Positions 11,015 through 23,004 of a stretch of DNA of 64,000 nt are shown here, one piece after another. The stretch is from Mayamaea pseudoterrestris (taxonomy: Eukaryota), in the NCBI GenBank assembly GCA_027923505.1, contig BROI01000001.1:2294001-2358000 (forward strand). Reading direction: 5' to 3'. The notes below the pieces were generated by a model. The model saw only the letters and a program-made list of their open reading frames with translations. It did no database searches and was not told the origin of the DNA. Made by a program: the position numbers and the translations under genes. Each line of letters begins with the position of its first letter. The first letter of the stretch is position 1.

Positions 11015-13342
11015 ATGGGATCGGATGCGTCGAAACCCCAAGCTCAAGCTGCAAACGAGGATGTCACGTCAGAGCCAATCAATGGCAGTTCTAGCAGCAT
11101 CGCGGCTTCCTATGTTGCCTCTGGATCAGTAGAAGATGGCAGCGGCGGCGAACAGGGTAACTCAACTACGCCTGGACATGTCGTCATTCTCGATGGCAGT
11201 GACGGCAACTCGTCGCATGCGAATCATAATGGAGTCCGATCTCGCATTGTTTCCAAACACCGCCATCGCTTGAACCGACTCGACGAGGATGCTGCTCATT
11301 CATTCCCATACCCAGTTCCTGAGCAATCCATCGCGCAGAGTGATCACGGCAGTAGCAAGAGACACAAGAAGGATGTTGCGAGTCTAGACAAGTGGGATCG
11401 CTTGCAGTATTCCATTACTAACTGCACACGCCTTCCAAAGACACCAGGGGATTGGATTGGCTTCTTTCTACCAGCTTACCGATGGCTCAAGCAGTACAAT
11501 GTACGCACGACGCTACAAAAGGATATAATCGCTGGATTGACTGTCGGCGTCATGATTGTTCCGCAAAGCATGAGTTACGCGAAACTGGCGGGCCTGCCTG
11601 TTCAATATGGACTGTACTCTTCCTTGGTGCCAATCTACCTTTACTCACTCTTTGGATCCAGTCGACAGCTGGCCGTTGGACCTGTAGCACTTGTTTCTCT
11701 CATGGTCAGCACTGGACTTTCAAATATCATGGCCAAGCGAGCGCAGTCCGATCCAACCTTGATGGATGCAACGTCCCAAAATTACATTGACCAGTACGTC
11801 ATTTTGGCCATTCAAACGAGCTTTCTCGTAGGCGTTTTGAACATTGGTTTGGGACTGGCTCGACTTGGATTCATTACAATCTTTCTCAGCCATGCGGTTA
11901 TTTCCGGATTCATATCTGGCGCGGCAATCATTATTGGTGCCTCGCAATTGAAACTCATATTTGGAGTAAATGTCGAGCGGAGCGACTTGATTTACGAGAT
12001 TCTTCGAGACTTGTTCAAGTCACTTGGTCAAACCAATTGGAAGGTCTTTGTCATGGGGTCGCTTTCGCTGATTACGCTCATTAGCTTCAAGCAGATTGGC
12101 AAGTTCGTTCCGAGATTAAAGTGGATGCAGGCGCTCGGCCCGCTGACAGTGACTGTTATTGGCATTATTCTCGTGGCTACCTTGAACCTGGACGAGCGAG
12201 GTATTGACGTTGTTGGCGAAATTCCTCAGGGTCTTCCAGACTTTACGGCTGGCCTTTGGACGCCCATGGATAATATTGGGGACTTGTTTGTCACTGTGGT
12301 TAGTATTGTTTTGATCGGCTTCATGGAGTCAATTGCCATTGCTCGCAAGTTTGCTGCCATTCATCGTTACGAAATTGACCCTAGCCTCGAGCTAGTGGGA
12401 CTTGGATTCGCTAATCTATTCGGCGGCATGTTCCAAGCCTACCCTGTCACTGGATCATTCAGCCGGTCCGCCGTCAACAACGATAGCGGCGCGCAATCAG
12501 GAATCGCCGGAGTTATTACTGCGACGCTTGTCATGATTGTGTTGCTGGTTTTGACGAGTGTTTTTGAGCTTTTGCCTACGGCTATTCTCGGTGCCATTGT
12601 CATTGCCGGTGTAATTGGACTTGTTGATTATCCGGAAGCGATCAACCTATGGAAAGTTCACAAGAAAGACTTTTTGTGTTGGTTGTGCGCATTTCTTGGA
12701 TCCATGTTCCTTGGCGTTGAATTGGGACTGGCAGTTGCCGTCGGGCTCTCCTTGCTGATTGTCTTGTACGAGAGCGCGTACCCCAAGACTGCTGTGCTGG
12801 GTCGACTGAAGGGAACTACTGTGTACCGGAACATTAAGCAATATCCGGATGCAGAAGTCTTTGATGGAATTGTCCTCATTCGCGTCGACGCTCCCTTGTA
12901 TTTTGCCAACGCCCAGCACGTTCGAGAGAAGGTGCGCAAATATCGACTAGCAGCGGAGGAGTCGTCCGACATGGACGACGTCAGGTTTTTGATCATGGAT
13001 ATGACGCCCGTCTCGCACATTGACACGAGCGCGCTCCATGTTCTGAATGACATGTACGACAATTATCGCTCGCGTAACCAGCAACTTTGCTTCAGCAACC
13101 CCAATTTGACATTAATGCAGCGATTTGATGCGAGCGGCTTTACAGATAAAGTTGGGCGACACCTCTTCTTTGCTTGCACACACGATGCCGTCAAATGGTG
13201 TCTCGCGGATATGGACATGGAGACATTGTCTGCTCACGGTGATGCGGAAGGCGAGCATTCTGGAGATGGCGAATCAGAAGGTGTGGCATCTGCGATAGCG
13301 GATGATTTGGAAAGCCCGGCGGTACCCGCTGGCTCTTCGTAG
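11015..13342 (+). CDS. SulP/SLC26 sulfate/anion transporter with C-terminal STAS domain
   Basis: Motifs DIIAGLTVGVMIVPQSMSYAKLAGLP, GSSRQLAVGP and TGSFSRSAVN; STAS motifs RVDAPLYFAN and DMTPVSHIDTSA. Confidence 0.95.
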   Translation: MGSDASKPQAQAANEDVTSEPINGSSSSIAASYVASGSVEDGSGGEQGNSTTPGHVVILDGSDGNSSHANHNGVRSRIVSKHRHRLNRLDEDAAHSFPYPVPEQSIAQSDHGSSKRHKKDVASLDKWDRLQYSITNCTRLPKTPGDWIGFFLPAYRWLKQYNVRTTLQKDIIAGLTVGVMIVPQSMSYAKLAGLPVQYGLYSSLVPIYLYSLFGSSRQLAVGPVALVSLMVSTGLSNIMAKRAQSDPTLMDATSQNYIDQYVILAIQTSFLVGVLNIGLGLARLGFITIFLSHAVISGFISGAAIIIGASQLKLIFGVNVERSDLIYEILRDLFKSLGQTNWKVFVMGSLSLITLISFKQIGKFVPRLKWMQALGPLTVTVIGIILVATLNLDERGIDVVGEIPQGLPDFTAGLWTPMDNIGDLFVTVVSIVLIGFMESIAIARKFAAIHRYEIDPSLELVGLGFANLFGGMFQAYPVTGSFSRSAVNNDSGAQSGIAGVITATLVMIVLLVLTSVFELLPTAILGAIVIAGVIGLVDYPEAINLWKVHKKDFLCWLCAFLGSMFLGVELGLAVAVGLSLLIVLYESAYPKTAVLGRLKGTTVYRNIKQYPDAEVFDGIVLIRVDAPLYFANAQHVREKVRKYRLAAEESSDMDDVRFLIMDMTPVSHIDTSALHVLNDMYDNYRSRNQQLCFSNPNLTLMQRFDASGFTDKVGRHLFFACTHDAVKWCLADMDMETLSAHGDAEGEHSGDGESEGVASAIADDLESPAVPAGSS

Positions 13343-13492
13343 TCAGCACACTGATTGCTTGAGCAAGCACTTGGGCAATATAATCATTCTTTTTATTTTA
13401 CTTAACACTGGTACGCGTCTTGTCTAACGGTAAATCTAAAATTTACTAAAGCACAGCCTAACTTTTGTCGTTAGACTACGTTACAATCCGGA

Positions 13493-15166
13493 TTATTCTT
13501 TTTCGTCCATGGTCACCAAATCCCATCCCTCGCCTCGATCAATTACGTCTGCTCGGTTCGGTCCAACGCCGATCCATCGAATTGGTACGCCTAATAGCTC
13601 CTGCACTCGCAGAATATATCGCTGGCAATTATCTGGTAAATCCTCGAAAGTTTTGCAATCCGAAATGTCTTCGCTCCAACCAGGAAGCGATTCATACTCA
13701 ACCTCCACATCGCTCAAAACGGTCAGGTTGGCCGGCATGGTTGATAGGTACTCACCCTTGTATTTGTAAGCCTTGCCGAGTTTGACTTCCTCTAGCCCCG
13801 TCAATACATCCACCTTTGTCAAATTGATGCTAGTAAACCCATTAATCAAGGCCGAATACTTCATTTGCGGAATGTCTAGCCATCCGCACCGACGTGGGCG
13901 ACCCGTTGTAGTTCCATACTCGACTCCTACTTCGGCCAAGTGCTTGCCGGGGCTCCCGTCCGCCAACTCCAACTCAGTAGGAAAGGGTCCTTCGCCTACA
14001 CGAGTACAATAGCACTTGACTGTTCCGTAGATGCCGCGCAATTTGCGCGGACTAACGCCAAGACCCGTCAAGACACTTCCGACGGAAGGGTTGCTACTTG
14101 TCACGAACGGATATGTGCCAAAGTCGATGTCAAGCATGGTAGCATTGGCGCCTTCGACCAAAATCTTCTTGCCTTGCTCATACTGCTGGTTGGTAAAGTC
14201 GATGGTATCGATGGTCATGCTTTGCACTCGTTCCGCAACGGATCGGTAAAACTCTAGCTCGGTTTCAATGTCAATTTTGAGTCCAGGATATGCCGCCATG
14301 TGGTGGGCAGCAAGTGCTCGGAACCTTCGTTCAAAGTATTCCATGTCCTGCAAGTCTCCCACGCGCAATCCATTGCGAGAAATCTTAGAGGCATACGCTG
14401 GACCAATACCTTTTTTCGTTGTTCCAATTTTGTGGCGACCAAGTCCAGACTCCTGCAAGCCATCAACTTGTTGATGGAAGTCGAAGACCAGATGCGCTCG
14501 ATCCGAAAGAAAGATGCGCCCCTCACTGCTGACACCACCCCGAGTTCCACTAGCCGTCTTGAGTCCATCAATCTCGTTCAAAAAGGATGGAATATGTACA
14601 ACGACGCCGTTACCAATGACGCAAACAGCGGATGGATTCAATACACCGCTCGGCAGTAAATGAAACTTGTACTTGACTCCATCCACAACAATGGTGTGTC
14701 CAGCGTTACTTCCTCCAGCTACGCGACAGCAAACGTCATAGTTTTGACTGCTGAGCAAGTCAACAAGCTTACCCTTGCCTTCGTCGCCCCATTGAGCGCC
14801 TAGTACAATGTCAATTCCATAGCGCTTCTTATTGTCGGGCGGACCAGCGTCAAAGCGACTGGCATGCTTGCTGCTAGATCCAGTTGTCGTTGCAAATGTC
14901 GACGAAGAAGCAGAGGATGAAGAAGTACCGCCAACCAAGTTTTCTAATCGTTGGACTCTGCTGTTAATGTCTTGCAGTAATCCAATTATGCTTGTCGATG
15001 AATCAGACGCTTCCTTCTTGCCATCGCAAGCAGCAACAGAAGTGTCGCGAGAGTAAATCTGATAGCGAAAGAAAAGAGAGCTAGCGTAAGCATGGATAAG
15101 ATTCAAGCTCGAGAGTAGCCGCCCATTGTTTACATCAAGCACAAGACTAGAAATCTTTCCTCGCAT
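13493..15166 (-). CDS. purA: Adenylosuccinate synthetase with N-terminal extension (5' end uncertain; possible in-frame intron at about 15133-15059)
   Basis: Motifs GAQWGDEGKGK, GGSNAGHT, IGTTKKGIGPAY, EGANATMLDIDFGTYPFVTSS and EYGTTTGRPRRCGWLD. Confidence 0.95.
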   Translation of the reverse strand: MRGKISSLVLDVNNGRLLSSLNLIHAYASSLFFRYQIYSRDTSVAACDGKKEASDSSTSIIGLLQDINSRVQRLENLVGGTSSSSASSSTFATTTGSSSKHASRFDAGPPDNKKRYGIDIVLGAQWGDEGKGKLVDLLSSQNYDVCCRVAGGSNAGHTIVVDGVKYKFHLLPSGVLNPSAVCVIGNGVVVHIPSFLNEIDGLKTASGTRGGVSSEGRIFLSDRAHLVFDFHQQVDGLQESGLGRHKIGTTKKGIGPAYASKISRNGLRVGDLQDMEYFERRFRALAAHHMAAYPGLKIDIETELEFYRSVAERVQSMTIDTIDFTNQQYEQGKKILVEGANATMLDIDFGTYPFVTSSNPSVGSVLTGLGVSPRKLRGIYGTVKCYCTRVGEGPFPTELELADGSPGKHLAEVGVEYGTTTGRPRRCGWLDIPQMKYSALINGFTSINLTKVDVLTGLEEVKLGKAYKYKGEYLSTMPANLTVLSDVEVEYESLPGWSEDISDCKTFEDLPDNCQRYILRVQELLGVPIRWIGVGPNRADVIDRGEGWDLVTMDEKE

Positions 15167-15767
15167 TCATTCCCGCTGATAAGAAACGACGAGAAAGAAT
15201 CGGCAGGTGGCTCGTTGCTTGCTCGCCTATCTCTTCAAGCCTGCGAGCATGGCATAGATGTTGCTACATCATCGCGCCATTCTTTAATCTGTATGATAGG
15301 TCATGGACTATATTTTTCTGATTTCGCATTGAAACTCACCAATCCGGCGACAAAGGATCCTAGAACGGCCGATCCGCCGACCACTAGAGGTGCTCGCGCG
15401 TATGCTTGACGAAACATGCTGCTCGTCTTTCGTCGGTACTAAAATTACTAGAGAGTTTCTGCAAGTACAATCTATGCAAGTCTCCTGCTGACAAAATCAG
15501 TCTATGGAGTTGTGACGACTCGTCTGTACTATTATATTCTGCCTTTTTGTTTCAGCGACGGTCAACTTCCATCTCCCATGGTCGGATCGTTCCATCGGAC
15601 GGTCCTCGCACGAACTGGGTCATGAGCTTCTCTATGACGTCATTGTAATTCTTCGCGCCAAAAGGCAAGCGCGCTCAAGTTGGTTGAACCGAAAGATCGC
15701 GACGAGTTTCCTCCCTCACGCGGCCCATGCCATCGCCCTGCCGACGATTCAACAGAGCATTTCGACC

Positions 15768-16631
15768 ATGAAGATTGCCTTGATTGCTTCGCTACTCACC
15801 AGCACGGCGGCCTTTGCGCCTGCGTCGCAAAAGGTGAGTCTATAAAGTGTAGATTAGACTTTTATTGGAGCAGTCAAATGTTGCTTCTAGATGCAGCAAA
15901 GCCAGCTCGACTGCCTCGTCGCAACTCTCTCTCTCATGGTATTGATCGTTTCCTTTTCACTTGCTCTTGTCCATATCAGACGACAGTGTCAACGTCGGCA
16001 CTGAGCGCCGCCGAAATGTCCCAGTCTGTTCCATTCTTGACAAAGCCAAAGAACACGGCTGGACTTGTTGGAGACGTTGGCTTTGATCCACTCGGTCTCT
16101 CTGACTACATGGACATCAAGTGGCTCCGCGAGTCAGAATTAAAACACGGACGCGCCGCTATGCTTGCCACTCTCGGTTTCGTTGCTCAGGAATACATTAC
16201 ATTGCCAGGCATGATCCATGTAGATGACTCGAATTTGGCGCCAGAGGCAGCTGGCATTTCATCCATGCTGCAAATTGTCTTTGGAATAGGTATTCTGGAG
16301 TTCTGGTCCAACAAGGGCAAGGTCACTATGGAAGACATGTTTGACGACCCAGCACGAGTTCCCGGTGAGCTCGGATTTGATCCCATGGGACTTGGAAAAG
16401 GCAAGACCAAGGAACAATCCGAAAAGCTTCAGCTTCAAGAAATTAAGAATGGTCGATTGGTAAGTGTCACAAGGCATTAGTTACATGTTGGCGTCGAACA
16501 TTCGAGCTGCTACTCGTTTCTAGTGGTTGGACATTGTTTTGCTCATTCTTTGTGTTCCTTTTTTGCAGGCCATGTTGGCGATCGGTGGCATGGTGCACCA
16601 CAACTGGGTGACGGGAGAACCACTCTTTTAA
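15768..16631 (+). CDS. Light-harvesting fucoxanthin-chlorophyll a/c-binding protein, probably Lhcr-type; exons 15768-15833, 15980-16459, 16569-16631
   Basis: Presequence MKIALIASLLTSTAAFAP; motifs GFDPLG, WLRESELKHGRAAMLA and spliced QEIKNGRLAMLAIGG; two GT-AG introns. Confidence 0.93.
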
Positions 16632-17087
16632 ACATTTATTTAAATACAGTCAAGCCCAATACCTTTTTCATTTAATGTTACTCGTCATTCTTATAATGTA
16701 GTGCAAGTACGTTGCGATGCTCTTCAATCAAATTTTGGCCAGAGGCTCATGCGATATCCATCCCTTTGCAGTTGTATGTTGACCAGTTCTGGGAATGAAT
16801 TTCTCTCTTCAGCTATAGCCACGCATTCATTCCAACGGCTAATGTACTACATTGGATAAGCCAAACCAAAACCTGTGCATTGTCTTTGAGCTACAGCAAC
16901 TGTAGCCCATTGCAGTGGCTTGCTATAGTTGACGTTGACCGATGGCCCCAGATCGCAACTGTATCTCACTCTTTCATGTTATCTTCATTCGAGGCGTTTA
17001 TAAATCAGATGTTTTATTTTTTGTATATAATAGCCTTTATAATATATTGTTGTACATGTAGCTCATCTATCACGAAATCCTTTCTTC

Positions 17088-19286
17088 CTACTGACCCGTT
17101 AGTTCAAATGGCCGACGACACTGCGCATCCAAGAGAAACTGCAGATGAATCGACGCGTCCTGTTGCTCGCTGGGAGCATACGATTTGAAGAATTGAACCG
17201 GATCCTTCCCGCCACAGTAAGCGCCGGATTCGTCGACCTTGTCGGCACAATAGTCGTCGCGATCTGCTAAACCGGCCTCGCCGTCACCATCGCCAGCCTC
17301 ATGCCTTTCCACCTCTTCCAATGAATCGACGCTTTCAAACGGAGCGACCAAAGCGTACCTATACTTTTGAAAACGTGCTTCGTCAACCAGCATACATTCG
17401 CTGTTCAGAAACACTCGAGGAGGCAGCGAAATAGGAAGCAGCGTGCATAATGGTTCGGCATCGTCGTTGGCGTCATCGCTGCTCCAGTCACCGCGCTCAT
17501 CAACATCCTTAACAATCACAGCCCGACCTAGCGAGTTTGACAAATGCTGACCCTTAACAGCCTTCCCGCGCAAGTCAACGCGAAACAAAACATGGCCGTC
17601 ATATTGAATCCCATGCATCATACCGTCCTCGTACACAACAATGTGAATGACATCGTCATATGAAACCTCGTGGTTTGTCGCCAATTTGTTAGAAACGCTC
17701 GCTGCCATCCACGCAGACAAAACGACATTAGCATCGGTTTTCCCATGTAAACCAGGTACCAAGTACGACGGATCCAAAGGAACAGTTTCGGCCGAGGTCC
17801 AACTTGAAACTCGCCCTTTCTTCTCCTTCAAAACGATAGCAGAATTGGTCTTTATTGTCTCGGAGGTCTTTTCCGTTTCCACCAAGACTGGTTCCATTCC
17901 TTTCCCAGATTGTTGACCCGTCCATGCCAGCATCCACGAGGGAACTTCCTCGTTAATTTTGACCACCGACGTTGGCGAATACTCGCGCTCCTGCGGCGGA
18001 AGCGAAACTGGTGATGTTGACGAAACGAGCGAGGCACCATCAGCAGCAGCCGAGACGCTCGTGCCCATGCCTGAGCCAACAGCTGCTGGTTCTGCATGTT
18101 TCTCGCTGTTAATGTCACCTTGATGTTCATGGTCGTCGCCATTTTCCGAGTCACTATAATCAAATGAATATGCCTCCTTGTCATTATAATCATCGTCCAA
18201 GTCAACGGCCAGTGCGCTGCAATCTCGCATCAATTGGCAATTCTCAAGGCCAACAAATGTCATTGGTGCCGATGTTTGGTGTTGCTGCATTGGATCTGAC
18301 CCATGGCTACTCCATGAATTACTCAACGTTCGCAGTGCCATGGAATTTGGAGCGCTTTCATTCAAGATCATGTGAAGACTATCCACCGAAAAATTAAAGG
18401 ACTCGTGCGCTCGCGCTCTATGCTTACTCGATGCCGTCGCATTGGATTCGAGTCTGTTTCGAAGTGGAGGTGGCATCGAATGAGATGGATGATTCATCGT
18501 CATGGCTGCTGCAACATTCATGTTTGCATTCGAACCGGCAAATGACTTGACTCGCATGGCCGACGCAGTCGATGGCGAGGATGCCAGAGGAGGACGTTGC
18601 AGCGAGACTTGACGTGCTCCAAGCGTAGGCGGCCGCGCCGAAACTTGCCGCGTCATGATCGTTGGCAATGATTGCGACTGAGGCTGTAGCAAAAGAGTCT
18701 CTGTAGCGTCCTTCTGTAACTCCAAAGCATCCTGCGCAACAAGAGGAACCGTCGCTGCAGTATCAATCAATTCTTGCTGCTCCGATTGCTCCAGTCGCTC
18801 TAGCTTTTCTACTGTTGATTGCTTTGAAGTCTCATGCTTTGACTCGTCTTGCTGCTGTTCCATCTGCGTTTGCCGCATCTGGTTACTGACACGAGCTTCT
18901 TGCTCTCGCTCTACCGGTAATTGCTGCGCGACTGTATTCTGCGTCTCTTGCTGCTGCTGCAGATCCATTTGCGATTTCCGTAAATGTTCATTCAAGGAAG
19001 CTTTTTGCTCTGGCTGCTGCGTGACTGTTTTATGCGTCTCTTGCTGCTGCTTCGGTTGCTTTTCAGTACTTTCATCCGTACTCGACGCTGGATGAACGAA
19101 ATCCTTGCAAAAACCAAGACGCAATCCCGTCAGTCGTTGAAGAAACGAAGGCTTGTCGGAATGAACGTCCAGGTTGTTGCGAGGAGGAGGATTCTTTCGT
19201 GTCAATCGACGACTTGCAGTCTTGTTGGAACTGCCGCCTTTGCGCTGGTCGTCTGCAGTTTCATGACTCTTGCTTCGAGGAGCCAT
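17088..19286 (-). CDS. Hypothetical protein (732 aa): Q/S-rich disordered N-terminus, possibly globular C-terminal ~230 aa
   Basis: Long uninterrupted ORF with coding-like composition; no family recognised. Confidence 0.7.
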   Translation of the reverse strand: MAPRSKSHETADDQRKGGSSNKTASRRLTRKNPPPRNNLDVHSDKPSFLQRLTGLRLGFCKDFVHPASSTDESTEKQPKQQQETHKTVTQQPEQKASLNEHLRKSQMDLQQQQETQNTVAQQLPVEREQEARVSNQMRQTQMEQQQDESKHETSKQSTVEKLERLEQSEQQELIDTAATVPLVAQDALELQKDATETLLLQPQSQSLPTIMTRQVSARPPTLGARQVSLQRPPLASSPSTASAMRVKSFAGSNANMNVAAAMTMNHPSHSMPPPLRNRLESNATASSKHRARAHESFNFSVDSLHMILNESAPNSMALRTLSNSWSSHGSDPMQQHQTSAPMTFVGLENCQLMRDCSALAVDLDDDYNDKEAYSFDYSDSENGDDHEHQGDINSEKHAEPAAVGSGMGTSVSAAADGASLVSSTSPVSLPPQEREYSPTSVVKINEEVPSWMLAWTGQQSGKGMEPVLVETEKTSETIKTNSAIVLKEKKGRVSSWTSAETVPLDPSYLVPGLHGKTDANVVLSAWMAASVSNKLATNHEVSYDDVIHIVVYEDGMMHGIQYDGHVLFRVDLRGKAVKGQHLSNSLGRAVIVKDVDERGDWSSDDANDDAEPLCTLLPISLPPRVFLNSECMLVDEARFQKYRYALVAPFESVDSLEEVERHEAGDGDGEAGLADRDDYCADKVDESGAYCGGKDPVQFFKSYAPSEQQDASIHLQFLLDAQCRRPFELTGQ

Positions 19287-20243
19287 GGCAAACGATATTC
19301 AAATATCGGTGATGCAATCGGCAGTCGCAAATTTCTCAAGCCCTTCGTTGGCGATGGCAGCAGCGAGACTCAAAATGGTCCTCGCCTCCTGCAGTTGCGT
19401 AAATCGTACCGTAGAAGCAATCCTTTTCTCGTCCTTCCACTAGGTCAAGTAATCTAGCTTCACCAAAACGCTACTTGCGAGAAAACAATGGATTGCTTGT
19501 CGTACAGTACCCGGTAGTCGTGTCGGTTAAGTTCTTCTACGAAGCGGAGTGCTCGGTTTGTGTGTGTTTGCATCTGCATGGTAGCTCGCTACTCGCGTGG
19601 ACGACGCGACGACTTCTTCCACCACGACACCACGACATTTCTGACTCCCGCGTTCAACGGATGCAAAGCTTCCACCGCATGTGCGCCTGGCCAATCACCT
19701 AATTGTACCTCAATCATGAGACTATTGCCCTTGACAAGGCTGGCGTGCAATGACACAGAAATGTGAGTCACATATTCAATCGAGCCGGCCGACGCTTGGT
19801 TTCAGGTGCATCTCACAATTTCAATCGTTTTTTGGCTCGGCGATCCTTGAACCAACGATGACAATTCCTCGCAAAATAGATGAGAATTCATGGATAAACG
19901 AGACTTATGATCGAACAGACAACCGTCATTTTGATAGTTATGACAGATGTGAGCTTGCGGCGCACCTTTTCGTCAAGCAAACGACAGATTCTACAGTCGC
20001 CAGAGCATAAAGAAAAACCAACCCCTTCAAACGCTGAATGCACATGCACGAAGTAAGTCCCCTGACGACTGCGCTCACCGCTTGTTACAATGTTAATACA
20101 AGTAATTAGAGGTAACCATATAGAGAGATTACAGAGCTGCTGAGTAGGTCACAATTAATTTTTGGGAAGCAACACATGCTTCAGCAGCAAACATCGCAAC
20201 AGCAAACTACAGAAAACCGTTTCGTGCGATAATCACAAGACAC

Positions 20244-23004
20244 TTAAAACTCTTCAAATATTTCATCCTCGTCGGCAGTCAGCTTGGGAAACTTTTTCTT
20301 CCCTGCGTCTGCCAAGTGACTCCAATCCTCGAAATTGGACGCGTCGAGTGGATCGCTAATCTTGGGAACTTTCGGAGCCTTGATTTGCTTGTGACGAAGC
20401 TTGTCAAAATCAACCTTGACGAACCAAGGATGATCGTAAATGTCGTCTTCGCCGCCCTTGAGACTACCAAGACGCCTGTTTGGGTTCTTTTGCAAAAAAC
20501 CACCAATCATGCTTGCCGCTTCCGACGAGCAACCCTTGGATGGCAAGCTGTAACGGCACTTGACAATCGCACGAAACAAATCCATTTGCTGCATGCCGTC
20601 TTGGAAAAATGGTGTTTCGCCGAATATCATTTCATAAATGAGCACCCCGAGACTAAAGTGATCGGCCGCCCAGTTGTGTCCTCGGTTTAAAATGATTTCT
20701 GGGGCCAAGTAAAGAGGCTATTACGAACAAACAAAGGGCTGACGTGAGTGCACGTACAACATCGATGTCAGTTCTTTGCGACAAATGAACTTACCGTGCC
20801 GCACAAGGTGTAGGTCTTGTCGGTAATGCACTTGGCGAACCCCAAGTCGACAATGACGCAGTATCCTTTGTCATCCACGAGCACATTTTCTATTTCAGGA
20901 AAAGAACGGGGAGTGAGTCTAGCAAACCCCGAACATTAAATTCCAATAAGAGCAGAGTTCTTGCTCACCCGGCTTTAAATCGCGGTAGACAATCTGCAGA
21001 CGATGCATATAGGCGAGCCCTTCAGCGATACACGCAGAATAAAATTTGGCATGTGCTTCCGAAACGCCGTCGTGCCTGTCAGAGTGAATGTAGCTGTACA
21101 GCTCACCACCTTGTACAATTTCCAGCAACATGTAAACAAAATCTGTATCCTGATACGTTCGAACAAGACGAATAATAAAGGGATGGTCGATGCGTGCCAT
21201 AATGTCTCTCTCGTTGCAGACTGATTTTGCTTGTCCATCCTTGATTAGCTCATATTTTGTTTGCACCTTTAACGCGTAAGCTTGTCGGTTCGACTGCGAC
21301 GAAGCTCTCGAAACGAGCCATACTTTTCCAAAGGTGCCGGCGCCAAGCAGTGCGTGCATTTGCAGGTCCGCCAACTTGATATCCTGCGTCCGCACGCTAC
21401 GACTAAACTTTGACGCGCCCTTGTCGCCCAGATTTCTTGTGTTGATAATCTTCCGCAGATCCTTTAAAGTCAGCACGCCGCAAACGCACTCATCAACAAC
21501 TGTTGCAGTAAAATCGGCTTGAACCGTTGCGTCTTTGTTATTGATTGCGCCTTGAGAATCCGCAGTAAGTGTTTCATGACCAATGTACGAACCACGCTCG
21601 TACACGTCCTTCGAACCGTCCTTTCCCATCAATTCGATCTTACCCGATCGAATCAGGTAGAGCGCCGCTGGCGATGTCGCACCCGTTTGGAAAAGCGTCG
21701 TGCCCGGTGAGTACTTGTTATCCGTGATCAACTTGGCCATGGCTTCGATTGTTTTCGCGTTAATCTCTGAATCAAGAATAATTCGCATTCCAGCCTGAAA
21801 ATGTAGAACGTTTAAGCTTATTCAGCAGTGCTCCAATATGCAACGCTTCATCTCAATCGCTCTGTTATACGTACTAACTGTCGGACATCGTTGGACCGCA
21901 AAATGACCTCTTCCAAATCACCCAATACTTGAGCAAAAGTATCTTTGTTAATGACAAACGCCAACCCATTCGTCTTGGCAACAAGGTCAGCTGCCCTCGC
22001 CTCGCCGGTAATGATCGCTCGCTCGCCAGCATATGCGCCAGGCCCCAGCTCCATGTCCTCGTACTTTGATTGTCCGACGGCAATATTCTTTGCCACCAGC
22101 GTCCCCTCCTCGACAATGTAGAAGTTATCGCCCTTGTCTCCCTTTTTGAAAATGACCTGATCCTTGGTAAACTTGAATGGTGTCATGACGTCGGCTAGTT
22201 TGGCAATTTCCGTGTCGGCCAAGTCGGTTAGAAAGCGAACGTTGCGAAGAAGCTTGACCTTTTCGTCGACACCCTCCATGGTTTGCTTTTGTAGAATGAA
22301 TCGAAACGTCGTTTGGTCCACGCGAAACAGTTTGGTTTCTTCTGCTGCGACAACAGTCGCTGCTCGGGGGCAGCTGTCTGTAATTCACGTTGTTGAAACG
22401 AATGCACGTAAATGATTAGAAAGCAAGGCAATGGCTCAACCGTCAAGGGAGCCAAGTCTACTAGGAACTTACACAATAGAGCCAGCTCTCCAAAGGATGC
22501 TCCAGCTGGCGCCGTTCCAACCTCCTTATCGCCAACTTTGAAAATGACTGAGCCATGCTGTATAATGAAGAAGAATTCGCCCTTGTCGCCCTGCCGAATG
22601 ATTTCCTCATCCTTTTCGACACTCTGCAGTTCAAATGCCAAAACGAGAGGCTGAATCTCCTTGGGAGACAAGTGCTCAAAGACAAAATTGCTCTTCAATG
22701 CATTTCTAATTAAAGTCTCGTCGGCCTTGGACTTGGGATGATGCACAGTCTTGTACGTGCTCAAGTCGAGATTGTCAAAGGGCGTTGCAAAAATATTCTT
22801 GACGTGATGCGCAACATTCTTGACGTTACTCTTGACGTCATTCGCAAGTCTCGATTTGAAATCAAGACTCTGATCCTTCACTTCGACGCTTGGCTCGCGA
22901 AAATTACCATCTGGATTCGTCTTGGTGTTGTCGTCAAGACCCTTCGTCAAGTTGACAGCCTTGCCGCTGCGAAGCTGCTCCTCTTTGCTTGGCGAGCACC
23001 CCAT
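20244..23004 (-). CDS. Cyclic-nucleotide-dependent AGC kinase (PKG-like architecture: three cNMP-binding domains plus kinase); exons 23004-22473, 22377-21875, 21794-20969, 20889-20795, 20717-20244
   Basis: N-terminal MGCSPSK; cNMP-binding motifs IIRQGDKGEFFFII...FGELALLYSCPRAAT and FKKGDKGDNFYIV...GERAIITGEARAA. Kinase motifs GAGTFGKV, YALK, YRDLKPEN, DLGFAK and TLCGTPLYLAPE, followed by an AGC C-terminal tail. Confidence 0.92.
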
